A DNA stretch of 64,000 bases from Narcine bancroftii (taxonomy: Eukaryota): assembly GCF_036971445.1 (NCBI RefSeq), contig NC_091476.1, positions 138,508,001 through 138,572,000 of the forward strand, given 5' to 3'. Positions within the stretch are counted from its first letter, which is position 1. The number at the start of each line of letters is the position of its first letter. Positions 51,100 to 64,000 of this stretch are shown here, one piece after another. The notes below the pieces were generated by a model. That model was not told the origin of the DNA, made no database searches, and saw nothing but the letters and a program-made list of their open reading frames with translations. The position numbers and the translations under genes were made by a program.

Positions 51100-52230
51100 A
51101 ATCCATAACTTCAAGGAATTCTACGAGCAATTATACCAAACTGAGAATGAAGGGAAAGAATACAAAATAGATGAGTTTCTAGCTAAAATTGAACTACCGA
51201 AATTGCATGAAGAGGAGCAAAACAAATTGATAAAACCATTTGAAAAAGAGGAAATACAGGATATATTAAAAAAGCTACCGAACAATAAAATGCCTGGAGA
51301 GGACGGACTCCCAATAGAATTCTATAAAACATTTAAAGACTTAATAATTTCTCCTCTCCTGGAAGTAATGAACCAGATTGAAGAAACACAAAACATGCCA
51401 GATTCATGTAAAACAACAATATTAAAGACAGGGAAAGATCCACTAACACCAGCATCGTAGAGATGAATATCTCTACTTAACTCACATTATAAGTTAATAG
51501 CAAAACTATTAGCAAACAGATTGGCTGACTGTGTACCAAAAATAGTAAAACTAGATCAAACTGGATTTATTAAGAAAAGACGAACAACGGACAATATCTG
51601 TAAGTTCGTTAACTTAATACATGCAGTACAAGGAAATAAGACGCCAACAGTGGTGGTGGTTTTAGACGCAGAGAAAGCCATTGACGGGATAGAATGGAAT
51701 TATTTATTCAAAGTACTACAGAATTTCAACCTACCAGAGAAATATATTAATTGGATTAAAGCATTATATAAGGGACCACTGGCGAAGGTGACAGTAAATG
51801 GATATAAATCGAACCAATTTAAATTAAGCAGGTCAACTAGGCAGGGATGTCCACTATCTCCCTCACTGTTCGCTTTAGCTATAGAACCCTTGGCAGAACT
51901 GATAAGAACAGAAAATAAAATAAAAGGGATAAAAATAAAAGATAAGGAATATAAAATCAGTCTATTTGCAGATGACATCATAGTATACTTAACAGAACCA
52001 GAATTATCAATAAAAGAATTACATAAGAAATTGAAGGAATATGGATAAGTATCGGGGTACAAGATCAACACAAATAAAGTGAAGCGATACCAATGAACAA
52101 TGCAGATTTCACAAAGTTTAAGAAAGAATCACCATTTAAATGGCAAACACAAGCAATCCAATACCTAGGTATTAGACTAGATAATAATCTAGACAATCTA
52201 TACAAATTAAATTATCAGCCATTAATGATA
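51100..52230 (+). mobile_element. L1 ORF2 RT internal fragment
   Basis: PGEDGLPIEFYK, DQTGFI, TRQGCPLSPSLF and LFADDI motifs; A-rich L1 strand bias. Confidence 0.9.
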
Positions 52231-52435
52231 AGAGAGTCAAGGTCTGGATTCCATGAGCTTAAAGCAGTGGTGTCAACTTTTTTTTCCATTCACGTGCCAT
52301 CTTAAGTAACCCCTTACTAACCACAATAGATTGGAGAGATTAATTGACCAACTCCTGTTCCCATGTTTTAGGAGACCCCCACCAATCATCTGGCTCAGCA
52401 ACAGGTGTCGATGTTTCCCATCCATGCCTGCTCAC

Positions 52436-52591
52436 CTCGCAGTCTCTTCAGGCGCTTTTCCTTGCGTTTCTTCCGGATAATAAACAAGAGTGCCACAGCC
52501 ACTGTTGCCAGGATCACAGGGCAAGCAATGGTAAACAACTTCTTCACATCATCTCCCTCTCCTTGCATTGATTTGATCGGTGGGATAGTGC
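52436..52591 (-). CDS. DSCAML1: DSCAML1 transmembrane exon (STIPPIKSMQGEGDDVKKLFTIACPVILATVAVALLFIIRKKRKEKRLKRLR)
   Basis: 156 nt, TAG acceptor and GTGAGC donor. Hydrophobic helix followed by a basic stop-transfer/NLS-like run. Confidence 0.97.
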
Positions 52592-55500
52592 CTAAAATAG
52601 CAGAACAAGGAGTGAAAAGAAACCAATATTTAGGTGAGGTGTACCTGGACAGAAATTCCATGGAGTTTCACAGGAGGCCATAAACTATAACAATGGCCGC
52701 AAGGCAAATTGCAATTGCCTTAGGCCTGAAATCAGATTACATTTACCTGTATTTGCTTCAGCGACTTCTAAATTATTTACAACAAACACTTTTGTTTTTT
52801 ATTGATGACACAACATTGAAATGGTTGCACTCACTTGTCACATGAAGCACCCACTGCTGGTTTCCAGGATCTAATTTACAAAGATACATGAACATTGAGG
52901 GGGCAAAGATTAAAGGTCTGACAACAATTTGTACCTGTAAAATGTCCCCTGGAAGGTGGGAGATGATAAATATCCAAAACATTCTTCCTGAAAAGGCTGT
53001 GGATTCTGGAGTGATTGGAAAAAGTGGAGATCAAACTTGTGCAACGTTATAAAGTGATGAATAAGAAAGTTTGGGAAATAAAGAGTGGAGCTAGTCTGGG
53101 GAGCTGATTGGTCTACTCCTGTTCTTAAAGCTTTAATGACTGGGTTACAAGGCACAGAGAGAACTGTGAATGCTGGAATGTGAAGCTAAACACAATCTAC
53201 TAGGGGAAACTTTGGAATGGAGAGAGTTTGAAGCGTCCATGCAGTTCCAAATTTGATTATTTTCTGAAACGTAAAGAAGGGAAGGAACACTTCTACTACT
53301 TTTCCCATGGAGAATTACTCCACATATTTTCTTCCTTCACTGGATGACAATCAGCCCATCGTCTATCCAGTCTTACTAATGATTCCCATCAGTCCTCTTG
53401 CTCCCTTACTTCTAAGAATCCTCTCTCGCATGTCTATCAACCCTCCCTGGTTCTCCTGCCACTCATCTACGCTGGAGGCAATTTGCTGCGGCCAATTAAT
53501 CTATTGGCATACATTTAGGGGGTTGGAGGGAAGCAAAGCACATGGAGGAAAGCCACATGCAAACTCCGCACAGGCAGTACGCAAGGTCAGGATTGAGCCC
53601 AGACTGTTATCCTTGTGTTTGACCAAACTCTGAGAGTTTTTTATAATGATAGTTTTTAAGAGATTTACATGACAATGGAGGACACTTCATGTGGCAGATT
53701 AATGTTAATGTGCCTTTTATCCAGAAAATTCTTGAAATTTGGTTTCTTGTGACCTCCCTCTGTAGTGAGCAGCTATGTTGAACATCAGTGATGCACACAA
53801 GAGAAGACAGGACAGGAAAATGTTCAAATACAGGAGCGAGTGAAAACTGGAGACACAGTAATGATGGAATCTGGAGCAACAAATTACATGCTGGAGGCAC
53901 TCAGTGGGTCATCAGAGGGAGAAAAATAATGGTTAAAGTGAGCGGTGAGAGAAGTCTTCACCACAACACACACTCTGGTCCAGATCATCAATTTATTCTT
54001 GCTCCCATAATCACCCAGCATTCCTCCATTCTCCACCCCCTGTGTCTTTCTACACAGCTCTCTCTGAATAAAGAACTCACTTCGACTGGGTTTATTGGTG
54101 ATACGCAAAATGAAGGACTTCGACTGGGGAAGGCTCAGCACTGGGGAGAAGAGAAATCTTTAGTCGGCTCATCCTGAAGCTCCACAAACACTAACAGATG
54201 GGCTGGCAGGTTCGATGCTGCTGATAAGTGAATTAAAACGCAGAGGAAAGCATCCACTCAGCTGGAGAGACTTCAAGTCCTATTAATGCGTTGGCCTGCG
54301 ATTTTCTCTCCTGCTCCACCTCCTCGCAACTCAACCTGATTTGTGCTCTCATTGTGCCAGTCCGGTGAAGGTTGTTCTGTGCCTGCCTGGTGGCTCAGTG
54401 TACATCCTCACCTGCATGTCTGAGAGTCTGCCACACCCTCCAGGCCCAACCCTGAGAAGCAGTCAGCCCTTCTTGCCTAAGCTTGGAGACAAATGGCATG
54501 ATAACCTCCCTCGAACTCAAAGCAGCCTCTACAGGGTTGAAGCCCTGGCAGACTGTGAATGACCACCCATTAAATAGTTCCCTCTGTGCACCGTGGCAGG
54601 TCAGGCAGCAATGAGGGGGATCACTGTATCTGAGTATGCCCCACTCTGCATCCCTGCTTAATGTGTGCTTGGTAAAAACATATAGTAAATGGTGGAGAAA
54701 CTCGGCTGGTCTCGAAGCATCCATATGAGGTAAAGATATATTACTAATGTTTTTGGCTGAGCCCATCTTCAAGGCATAAGAACAAAATCAGGCAGGTGCT
54801 CTGCAATTGCAGCATATGCAGACTTCCATGTTTGACTCTTAATGTGTGCTTGGTGATCACAGCCTGTGTCTATTGTCAGGACAATGAGGTTAAATTTCTC
54901 TAAAATGTCACAGGGGAATGTTTCACACCCAGCTGAAACACCTCTGACCATATAGCACGCTGGAGTGTGGCACAGCTAGTAGCCCTGCTGCCTCATAGCA
55001 CCACTGACCTCGGTTCAATTTTGACACTGGCCACTGTCTTTGTGTGTGGGAGTCTGCATATTTTCCTTGTAATTCTGTGGGTCGCCTTCCACATTCCAAA
55101 AATGTGCTGCAACTTTGTAGTTTAATTGCTTTGAATTAGAAGGGGGTTATGTTAGGCTGTTAAGTTAATAGTAATAAGATAAAGTTTGATCTTGTTTTCT
55201 GTTTAAAGATAATTAAAAGCAACTTTTGTTTAAGTAACCATTTGTCTTGGTGAATTTCTGTTGCTGCTGGGTTTTGAGGTCCTCTGGGCCCATAACAACT
55301 CTCACTGTCAAACTACTGCACCAGTAAGGTACAATCTGGCTGAGGTAATAATACACTTGGCTTTAGCCAGCCGAGAACAAGACACTGCCGATGCTGCAAT
55401 CTGTAGCACAACCCATTTTGCCCCACAGATGCTGCTTGGCCTGCTGAGTTCCTCCAGCAGATTGATTCTCATTTCTACCAGCTGTGTTGGGCACATGAGG

Positions 55501-55685
55501 TCTCAAGGCAGAGCAGTTTACTGAGACAACAATTTATTTGACTAATCAGCTCACTTCTTGTTAACTTGGCAGAGAATCAGTAGGTCAGGTAGCATCTGTG
55601 GAAATCGCGAGTTAACATTTGAGATTGAAGACCTGGTTGTGATGAAGAGTCTTTTACCCGAAACCTTAATTCTGTTAAAAAAATA

Positions 55686-55885
55686 TAATGCTGGAGAAAC
55701 TCAGCAGGTCAAACAGTGTACTTTATATAGCAAAGATTAAGGTACATAAACAACATTTCAGGCTTGAGCCCTTCATCAAGGTATTCATAACTTGGCTCAA
55801 GCCCTAAACATTGGTTATGTATCTTTATCTTTGCTGAATAAAATGTGCTGTTTGATATGCTGAGTTTCTCCAACATTGTGTTTTT
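55686..55885. repeat. Penelope-derived inverted-repeat element. Similar hairpins at 8680-8855, 45001-45142 and 62862-63290; single arms at 25840-25925, 50495-50600, 54690-54775 and 57775-57875
   Basis: Arms tgctggagaaactcagcaggtc / gacctgctgagtttctccagca. The same motif terminates the Penelope fragment at 385-1425. Confidence 0.75.
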
Positions 55886-56944
55886 ACATCAATCACAGGG
55901 TCTGCAGACTTTTCTATTTTACTCATATTAATTTTGTTTCTCTTTCTGCAACTGCTGCTTGACCTGTCCACCTCTAACTTCTACTGCCTTTGAAAAGCAG
56001 CCAACATAATTTAAACACTTGCCTCAACCCGGCCACATACTTCACCACCCTACTCATCAAGAAGAATGAGACCATACACTAAAAGATTCAAAGGTAGTTA
56101 CTTTCTCACTGTTATCAAATTCCTGAGTTAACCTCATGGAAGTAAAATTATGTTGCCTTTGTTCCATACCAATTTATTTCTCTCTGTAACTCTGTATTTT
56201 TGTACCCTGTTTTACACGTTGTACTATGCATGAGATATTTACTAGTCTGCTCACAAAACAACCTCTATCACTACTTCTTGGTACACACGACAATAAACCT
56301 GAACTTCTACTCAGTTTTCCAGCATTTTCTGCTTTTATTTCAGATTTCCAGCATCTGAACTTTTTTGATTTTCATTTTTATGTTGAATTGATGCTCAATA
56401 GCAGGTTAATTGACCTAAAATATCAATGCTTCTGTTTATGGTCCACAGAAGTCTTCAAATAGCTATCTCCTCCCAATCCAGCTCATACATTCTTTGAAAT
56501 CAATTGTTTATTGTCGCAGTAATAAGCTTTGCTTTTGCGTGCCGTTCAGCCAAGTCAAGCCATACTTGAGCACAGCAGGTACTCCAATAATAAAGCTCAA
56601 GTGTACAGTGTAGTATTACAATGAGTCAAAGTGTGCAGGATGTATTATTACAAGGACAAGATGCAGACTATAGAGTAAAGTATAATTAAACTGGGCGGGG
56701 CATCATCTGTTACTAATGAGTGTTCTATGTAAGAATTTATATCAGCAAGGAAAGAAACAGTCCTTGAAATAACAAATTTTGTGACATGTTCATAACAATA
56801 AATTCTGATTCTGATCTGGATTCATTACTTCCTGATAGGTGCACTGACGTTTGTTCTCAGGAGTCACTGGCTCCTTTATTTGTTTATTAGTTCAAGGGGG
56901 ATGGTCACAACATTTATTGCCCATCCTTAAATGCCATGTAGAAT

Positions 56945-57520
56945 ATGGTGGGGAATGTGGTGAGCTTCAAATTCCTGGGTGTCAACATCTCTCAGGATCT
57001 GTCCTGGGGCCATCATGTTGATGCAATCAAGAAGAAGGCTCACCAGTGGCTATATTTCATGAGGAGATTGAAGAGATTTGGTACGTCACCAAAGTCTCCT
57101 GCAGATTTCTACAGGTGTTCCATGGAGAATATTCTGACTGGTTGCATCACTCCCTGGTATGGAGGTGCCAATGCACAAGAGAGGATAAAACTATGCAGAG
57201 TTGTGAACTCTGCATCAAACTTCACTTCATCAAGGACTAGAAGCAATGTTTTAAGAAAGCAGCCTCGATCTTCAGGACCTTCACCATCCAGGGCATGCCC
57301 TCTTCACATTGCTACCATCAGGAAAGAGGTAGAGGAGTCTGAGCACAAAATCCCAGTGGCACAATGAGAGCTTCTACCCTTCTGCCATCAGATTTATGAA
57401 TGGACATTGAAGCACTAATTTATTTTTAACAGTAGGTTTATCGCAATATTTGTATAGTAACGCTGTCGCTAAACACTGAATTTCCTGACATGTTCATAAC
57501 AATAAATTCTGATTCTAACT
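56945..57520 (+). mobile_element. Rex-Babar-type LINE 3' fragment
   Basis: FKFLGVNISQDLSW..KKAHQWLYF; tail caataaattctgattct. Confidence 0.8.
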
Positions 57521-59521
57521 GAAAGGTTCATGAGACCTTTCCTGAGGGCAGTGAGGAGTTAATCACTTTGCAATGTGTGTGGACTCACATGAGCAGGATG
57601 GATTACATTTCCGTGGGACTATAATGAACCAAATACTCTAAGATGTGTAGGTGAAAGTGTGCTGACCTGATATGGGGCACTAATACCTTTGAACAGAAAG
57701 CCCTGCAAAAGGTAGTGGACACAGCCCAGTACATGAGAGAAACACGATAGGCTGCAGACGCTGTGATTGTAGAAAAAACACCGAAATGCTGGAGGAACTC
57801 GGCTGGTCTATTCAGTGTCTATAGGAGACAAAGATATATTGCCGACATTTCAGGTTTGAGCCCTTTTTCAAGGAAAAAATCAGAAAAGGCAGAATCAGGA
57901 TATATCAGAAAGTCTCAGAATTCAAACAACGGGGGTGACAAAACTTCTTCCACCCCATTGAGAAAATCTACATGGAACCCTGCCGTCGGAGAGCAGCAGC
58001 AATCATCAAGGATCCAAATATGCTAAGCCATCAGAAAAGAGGTATAGGTGCCACAAGACTCGTCCCACCAAGTTTAGGAACAGCAGCTACCCCTCCACCA
58101 TTAGACTCCTAAACAACAAACTCATTCAGAGACTCATTTAAGGACCTCTTTGAATGTTATTTATTATTGAATATTTATTTTCTGTATTGCAGTTTGTTTT
58201 CACTGCCTTCTTGTTTACATTTCTCCATTTTGTGTATGTATCTTTCTTGAGTAGTTTGTTTTGCACTTCCAATAAGTAGAAATTCTCCCTGACCTGCAGG
58301 AAAAAGAATCTCAGGATTGTATGTGATGCAATGTATGAACTCTGATAATAAATCTGAACTTTGAAGTCCCTGTTATTCATTGAAGTACATAAACACTCTA
58401 GACCCCATCTCTGGACTTAAATCTATCCATGTCCATAACTCCAACTGCATGTCCAACATACTTGGAAGAGACAAACTGTCTGCAGAGGACACTGTGGGAC
58501 AGGGCTCTGGGAGTCTTTTCCAAGACTCCCACAGTCAAGCTCACGATTGTGTGGATCCATGGATAGTCAATAGATATTGATGAATAAGTGGAGGTGTTTT
58601 ACAAAAATCTGGTAGTTTCATTGATTCATATTGGATTCTGAAGTTCAGATTAATAAATTAACTGAATATAAATTCTTTCAGATCTCTGGTGGGATTCAAA
58701 CTCAGGTCATTGGCTGTCAAACTGATGAATTACTAGTCTAGTAGCTTTATCAATGGGCAATAATTTTTTTCTATCTCCTATAACTCTTATTAACCATACA
58801 TTTCAGCTCTGTCTCGACATTAACATTGAATCATGAAGGGCCTTGAGCTAAAGCTGAGGTAATTTATGCATTTTAAAAAATGTGCTGCTGTTTAACACGT
58901 TCACATTAGATTGGGAATGTGGCACTAACATATTTGTTGGTTATAATAATAGAACATTTAATGTCTTTCAAAGAAAAGTGTTGTGAGTCCCGAAACACTG
59001 CAGCACAGAAACAGACCCTTCGGCCCAACCATGCTGACCTAATGTTGATCTGAAAACAAATCATAACCTGCATCTCCTGAAAATCTGAAACATTCAGCAG
59101 GTCAAGCAGGCATCTGTGAAGAGAAAGACAAAAAGGCCTTTCACCTGACTCTGTTTCTCTATCCACAGGTCCTGACTATTACTTGAGATTTCTGTTTCTA
59201 TTTAGCTTTCTATGTTCCTATGATCAACATACAGGAATAAAATTGTTTGAGCATTTTCTATTTTTTAGTTCAGTTCGGCTATTCAGCAAACAACAGATGG
59301 GCCAAATGGCCTTTATAGTATCAACATAAGATAGCTCAAATGATATGTGGGGGCAAGGGGAGGTATTGGGGAAGAAACATTTGGAAGCGGTTTTTTTTGT
59401 TGAATGATGTGGGAGTATAACTTACAGCAGGTGTCCAATTCCCTGTTAATTTTCCTCAAGGAATAGTGATGCTGGGAATGGAATAGAATAAATGTTAAGC
59501 CCCCTCCTCAGCACAACTTAC

Positions 59522-59809
59522 TTCCATCAAAATCTAGGGTGGCGAACTGTGTGGTTTCATTGCCACAGCCAGCACTGTTACAAGCTCGCATCTTCAACTC
59601 ATACCAAGTCGCCTCTCGCAGGTCCTGCAGGAAGATCTCATTAGATAAATTGGTCCTCAAGGTAAGCCAAGGCCAAGTGCCTTTGGGACGGTAGTCCATG
59701 ATGATTGCCATGATGGGGCAGCCGCCATTGTTCCACCCCTGGAGATTAAGCCTTGCGTGGCTGGAGTTAATGTGGGTAAAGAGATGGGTATCTTTGTTGA
59801 AAGCCGGTT
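59522..59809 (-). CDS. DSCAML1: DSCAML1 coding exon (last FNIII; EPAFNKDTHLF...CGNETTQFATLDFDG)
   Basis: 288 nt, TAG acceptor and GTAAGT donor, phase 1-1. Contains LREATWYELKMRACNSAGCGNE. Confidence 0.97.
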
Positions 59810-60434
59810 CTAGGCATAAAGTGAAAAAAAAGATATACATTTACTGTCATGGTTTTTTTTTTGTTGTTGCACACTTTATGATTCACATTTAAAACATGAT
59901 GATGTGAAAAAAAAATGTTTAAATTATCTTCCTTCGGGCCCCAAATCCTTCTCTAATTCTAATGGGCATATCCTTAATTTCAAATGTAAATACCAAGCTA
60001 ATAAGATCCAATAACTCCCAAGACCCAAACTCGTATTAGTCAGAATCTTCAACAGATCAACCACTTCCTAATTTTACTTTGAAAGTTACAATTGAATTTG
60101 CTTTCACGACATTTTTAAGTAATGTATTCCAAATTTGTCTTCATTTTGCCCAACACTCTCCTTGAATCTGGCTTGAAAGTCTTGGGGTTAATCTATTCTA
60201 TAGTCTAAATACTTACAGTTTGAAACAGAAATTCAGGTAAAAGTTCATTGTTTTAAACTTTAAAGATTCCTTGAAAATGCGGAGTTTATATTTTAGATTC
60301 TTTGCAATTAACAAGAATTACAGTACAAAATTTGTCAAAACAAATTGCTGCAATTCAGTTGCTTCAAGATTTTCCCCAGTGCAGAAATGAGGAAACCCTT
60401 TGTTTACAAAATAACACTCAGGACTGAAATGTCT

Positions 60435-61315
60435 CACTATACCTATGACTGGGTGGCTATGCACAATTCAAATGCCATATATATATATCTGCTGATGACA
60501 CCACGGTCTTCGGCAGAAATCACAGATGGCAATGAGGAAGTGTACAGGAGGGAGTTCTGTATCAACAGGCTGATGCCTGTTGAGTGGTGTCACAACAACA
60601 ACTTTGCACTGAATGTAAGCAAAACTAAGGAAATGATTGTGGTCTTCAGGAAGGGGAAATCAGGAGAACACAAACCAGTCCTCATCCATGAGTCACCAGT
60701 GGAAAGGGTAAAGAACTGGATGTCAACTTCACTGTGGATCTGTCCTGGGGCCTCCAATTCCATTCAATTCAGGAAGGCTCACCAATGGCTATACTTCGTG
60801 AGGAGTTTGAGGAGATTCGGAATGTCACCAAAGACTGCAAATTTCTACAGGTGTACCATGCAGAGCATTCTGACTGGTTGCATCACTGTCTGGTACGGAG
60901 ATGCCAATGCACAGGACAGGAAAAATACTACAGAGTGTGGTGAACTCAGCCAGTGGCATCACGAGCATCAGGACACTCCACTCAATCGAGGACATCTACA
61001 AGAGGCAATATCTTAAGAAAAGCAGCCTCTATCCTCAAGGACTCTCACTATGCCTTCTTTATACTGCTACCATTGGGAAGGAGGTTCAGGAGCCTGAAGA
61101 TGAACACACAACAGCACAAGAACAACTTCTCCCCCCCTCCTCTGCCACCAAATTTCTGAATGAATCATGAACCACAGGCACTCCTTCACTTTCTCTAATA
61201 TTAGCACTAATTTATTTATTTTAAAATATATAATTTATAGTAATATCTGCGCTGTGACGCTGCTGCTAAACAATTAATTTCATGACAGGTTCATGACAAT
61301 AAATTCTGATTCTGA
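60435..61315 (+). mobile_element. Rex-Babar-type LINE 3' fragment
   Basis: WCHNNNFALNVSKTKEMIV motif; tail caataaattctgattctga. Confidence 0.85.
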
Positions 61316-63548
61316 ATGTACACTAACACCCAATTTTGATCTTTCTCTCTCTGTTCGTCTGCACTTCTGTATTTCTCTTACTTGTTGCACTATGTATGAG
61401 ATGTCTAGCTAGACTACTGTTAAAACAAACTAGCACTGCACCTAGGGACTTATGACAATAAACTTAAACGAACTAGAATGCTTGCATGAGATATTAGAGA
61501 GTGTTGTTAAGGCCTAGAAGAGGAAATGAGGGAGGATTATTAGAATAGTTTGCAAGGTTGAGATATCACAGTTAGGGGAAGAGGCAAAAATAGTTTGAAT
61601 TGTCTCCTGAATAAAGGATAAAAGAACAATAGTCCAGAAAAGATCTATTCAGAGCTTTCAGTTTGGTGGATGGGTGACGATGAGAGCATACAGGTTTAAG
61701 AGAATTGTTAAGATCTGGTACATGTTGCTTGAAATGTTGTGAAGCAGTCACAATTGTAACTTTCAAAAGAACATTGACATTGCTTGATTTGTTGAGCTAT
61801 GGGGATTAAGAGTTGGGGAGTATAGTTCATCGGTTAGTTCATTAAAAGCACTGGCACATTGGGCTGAATGGCCTTCATACTATCAACCTCTGTGACTTTT
61901 CCAGCTGGTTAAAATGTTTCTAATTTGATAAGCAGTAAATCTCATGTCAGTACAGCTATGTTTCATTTTTAATCCAGAAAACAGAGGTTTCCATTTATCT
62001 ATTTATTTATTTATTTATTTGTTCACAGGGATTCTTGGAGTTTATTGCCCAACGTTATCTTCCCTTGAATTAACTAAGCTAGCTGGGGCATTTGACAGAA
62101 TCACAGAAGGCCACTCACCCAATCTCGTCCAAACTAATTCAGTGGACAGTTAAAAGTTGACCAGATTCCTGTGGGTCTGGAGTTTGACAGAAAACTAAAC
62201 CTAGCAAAGGCAGAAGATTTCTTAAAGACACTCATGAAGCAGATTGTGGGGGAGCAGTGGACTGGCACAGGGCATCAGTAATAGGAAGAACACCCCTCCC
62301 TCCCCATTGAGAAGGTGAAGCAGAGGAGACGACCCCAAGGATGATGACCATGGTGGAGGACCAGTGAGGGGTCTGTGGCTGAAGGAAACACACAGGCAGC
62401 GAACTGTTGGTAACTTGCAGGCAAGGCACTCACACCAGGCTGCGGGCTGCTGCAGACTGGCTCATGAAAACGGGGTATTGGAACTGGAATTTGAGAGGAT
62501 GCTGAGGGCAAGAAGGACTTCCAAAGGACCCTGCGCACTGAAGGCTTCCCATCGTGTTGGAGGTTGTATCTGGGCTCAGGTTGCTGATGGTTTGAATTGA
62601 ACTGGAGACTTGTGTAGCTGCAGAGGCTGTGGGAGTGCTGGTGGCGAATCCACAGACATTCGGTAACTCTGAGGGGAGGCTCTTTTTTACTTCTCTGACT
62701 GTAAAGGGCACGGGCCAACACTAAAGCTAATGGGGAATTTCATGGCAGACGAAAGGTAACATAGAAACATAGAAATGCAGTTTTGTGTAATATTACATTT
62801 CTGTTTTATTACATGACCATAAATAGTATCTGATTTGATGGGGCCAAGTGCGGAACCCAAAAGTGCTGGAGAAACTCAGCAGGTCACACAGCTTCCATAT
62901 CCAAAGGTAACAAAAGGAATAAGAAAAAAGACAGGCCTATCCCTCTGTCTCCTTTCTTCCAGCTCTCCATTCCCTTCCCTTCCTTCTCCTATCAGAGTGC
63001 TACCCCTTTTTAGCCCTCTCCCCTCTCCCCCTATCGCTTCTCAGCTCTTTTCTCTTCTCCTCTCCCACTTGTATCCACCTACTAACTTCTACCAGTTAGC
63101 CTGTGGACTTGCCCCTGCCCCTTCTTCCCTCCTCTCCTCTTGTCCTCCCCCCTCCCCTCACCTTTTTATTCAGGCTTTGCCTGTCTTTTTTCTTCTACCT
63201 AACGAAAGGCTCAGGCAGGCCTGAATCGTTGGTTAATATTTACCTCACGTGAATGCTGCACGACCTGCTGAGTTTCTCCTGCATATTTGTGCAATGAACC
63301 TGATGGCTTTTTGTAACAAAGTTGTACTTTGGCTGTTGCCAATAACATTGTTTTAATTAGCACTCTTTAATTCCTGATGATTTAACCAAGTGAAATTTAG
63401 AGTTGGTGGGGGCGGTGGGGCAGGGAAGTGAACTGATCACTGGCTTAGACCAGTTTCACTTGCATCCATACCAACAAATGCACATTAATTAGCAACCTCC
63501 CCCTCTACACTTAAGGACCAGAAGGAGGAAGGATCTCCGCTGACTCAC

Positions 63549-63737
63549 CCCTTCCATGGGTCTTGGCCTCAATAATCTCGCTGATACGTCCTGCGCCAAC
63601 ACTGTTCTTGGCAGCCAGTTTCACCTTGTACCAAGTGCCGCATTTGAGGTTGTCCAGCTTGAAGGAGCGCTCACTGGGGTTGATGAAGATATCCTTCCAT
63701 TCTTCACTGTTATCAACCGAGTACTGCAGCACGAATC
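63549..63737 (-). CDS. DSCAML1: DSCAML1 coding exon (FNIII repeat; [63 protein letters not shown])
   Basis: 189 nt, CAG acceptor and GTGAGT donor, phase 1-1. Translation matches the DSCAM-family FNIII domain as recalled. The gene continues beyond the window end. Confidence 0.96.
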
Positions 63738-64000
63738 CTGTCAGGAAAGGGCGATGGATGTCTCATTAGTGCTTCAGATTGAATTGCCAGTATAACCTCC
63801 GAGTGTCAATCACCCTGCAGGCCAGTGAGATCTTGCTCAGTCTTGTAAAATTAACCTTTTCCTGAAGGGCCTCTTTCCTCTTGAAGGCTCAGTGTTTCGA
63901 ATATTTTGAAAGGTTACTTAAAAATGATTATTACTTGGGTCGTGAACAAGTGTATAATAAATAGTGGGATTAGGTCACAGCTGCTTGTTCCACTCACTGC

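Noticed and set aside
55143-55298. Possible additional LTR ending ...cccataaca
   Set aside because: The 5' end and TSD cannot be defined; left uncalled.
62232-62721. Cluster of ORFs (S/T-rich 93 aa, 148 aa) in a DSCAML1 intron
   Set aside because: The flanking DSCAML1 exons join in frame without it and there is no domain similarity. Probably an unclassified repeat.
23186-63737. Calling the gene DSCAM, or invoking insect-type mutually exclusive exon arrays
   Set aside because: TM and tail sequences match DSCAML1, and each exon is present once with no duplicated variants seen.

Overview
Eukaryotic, repeat-rich genomic DNA. It is most likely from a cartilaginous fish (shark/ray), inferred from the CR1/Rex-Babar/Penelope/SINE repertoire. 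The minus strand carries the last nine coding exons of DSCAML1: part of FNIII-5, FNIII-6, the transmembrane helix and the cytoplasmic tail ending ...GAGAYSKSYTLV. All nine have GT-AG boundaries with consistent phases, and the 3'UTR AATAAA is at ~22815. Facing it tail-to-tail on the plus strand is an exon at 13770-13891 that the ORF track misses. It encodes a PCP4/PEP-19-like IQ-motif peptide with an in-frame TAG inside the IQ motif, and there is a candidate upstream exon at 1637-1729. The layout mirrors the PCP4-DSCAM pair, suggesting a little-known third PCP4-family paralogue. The rest is transposable elements: CR1 LINEs, a four-level nested CR1 > Rex-Babar > hAT > MITE insertion, an ORF1-only L1 derivative, a Gmr1-type (INT before RT) Gypsy remnant, three short solo LTRs with TSDs, a young RTE 3' end, Penelope-derived hairpins with hammerhead-like cores, SINEs, Tigger-like MITEs and tandem repeats. 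Exon and TSD coordinates were read base by base; boundaries of old repeats are approximate. No database searches were run, so family names come from recognised motifs.
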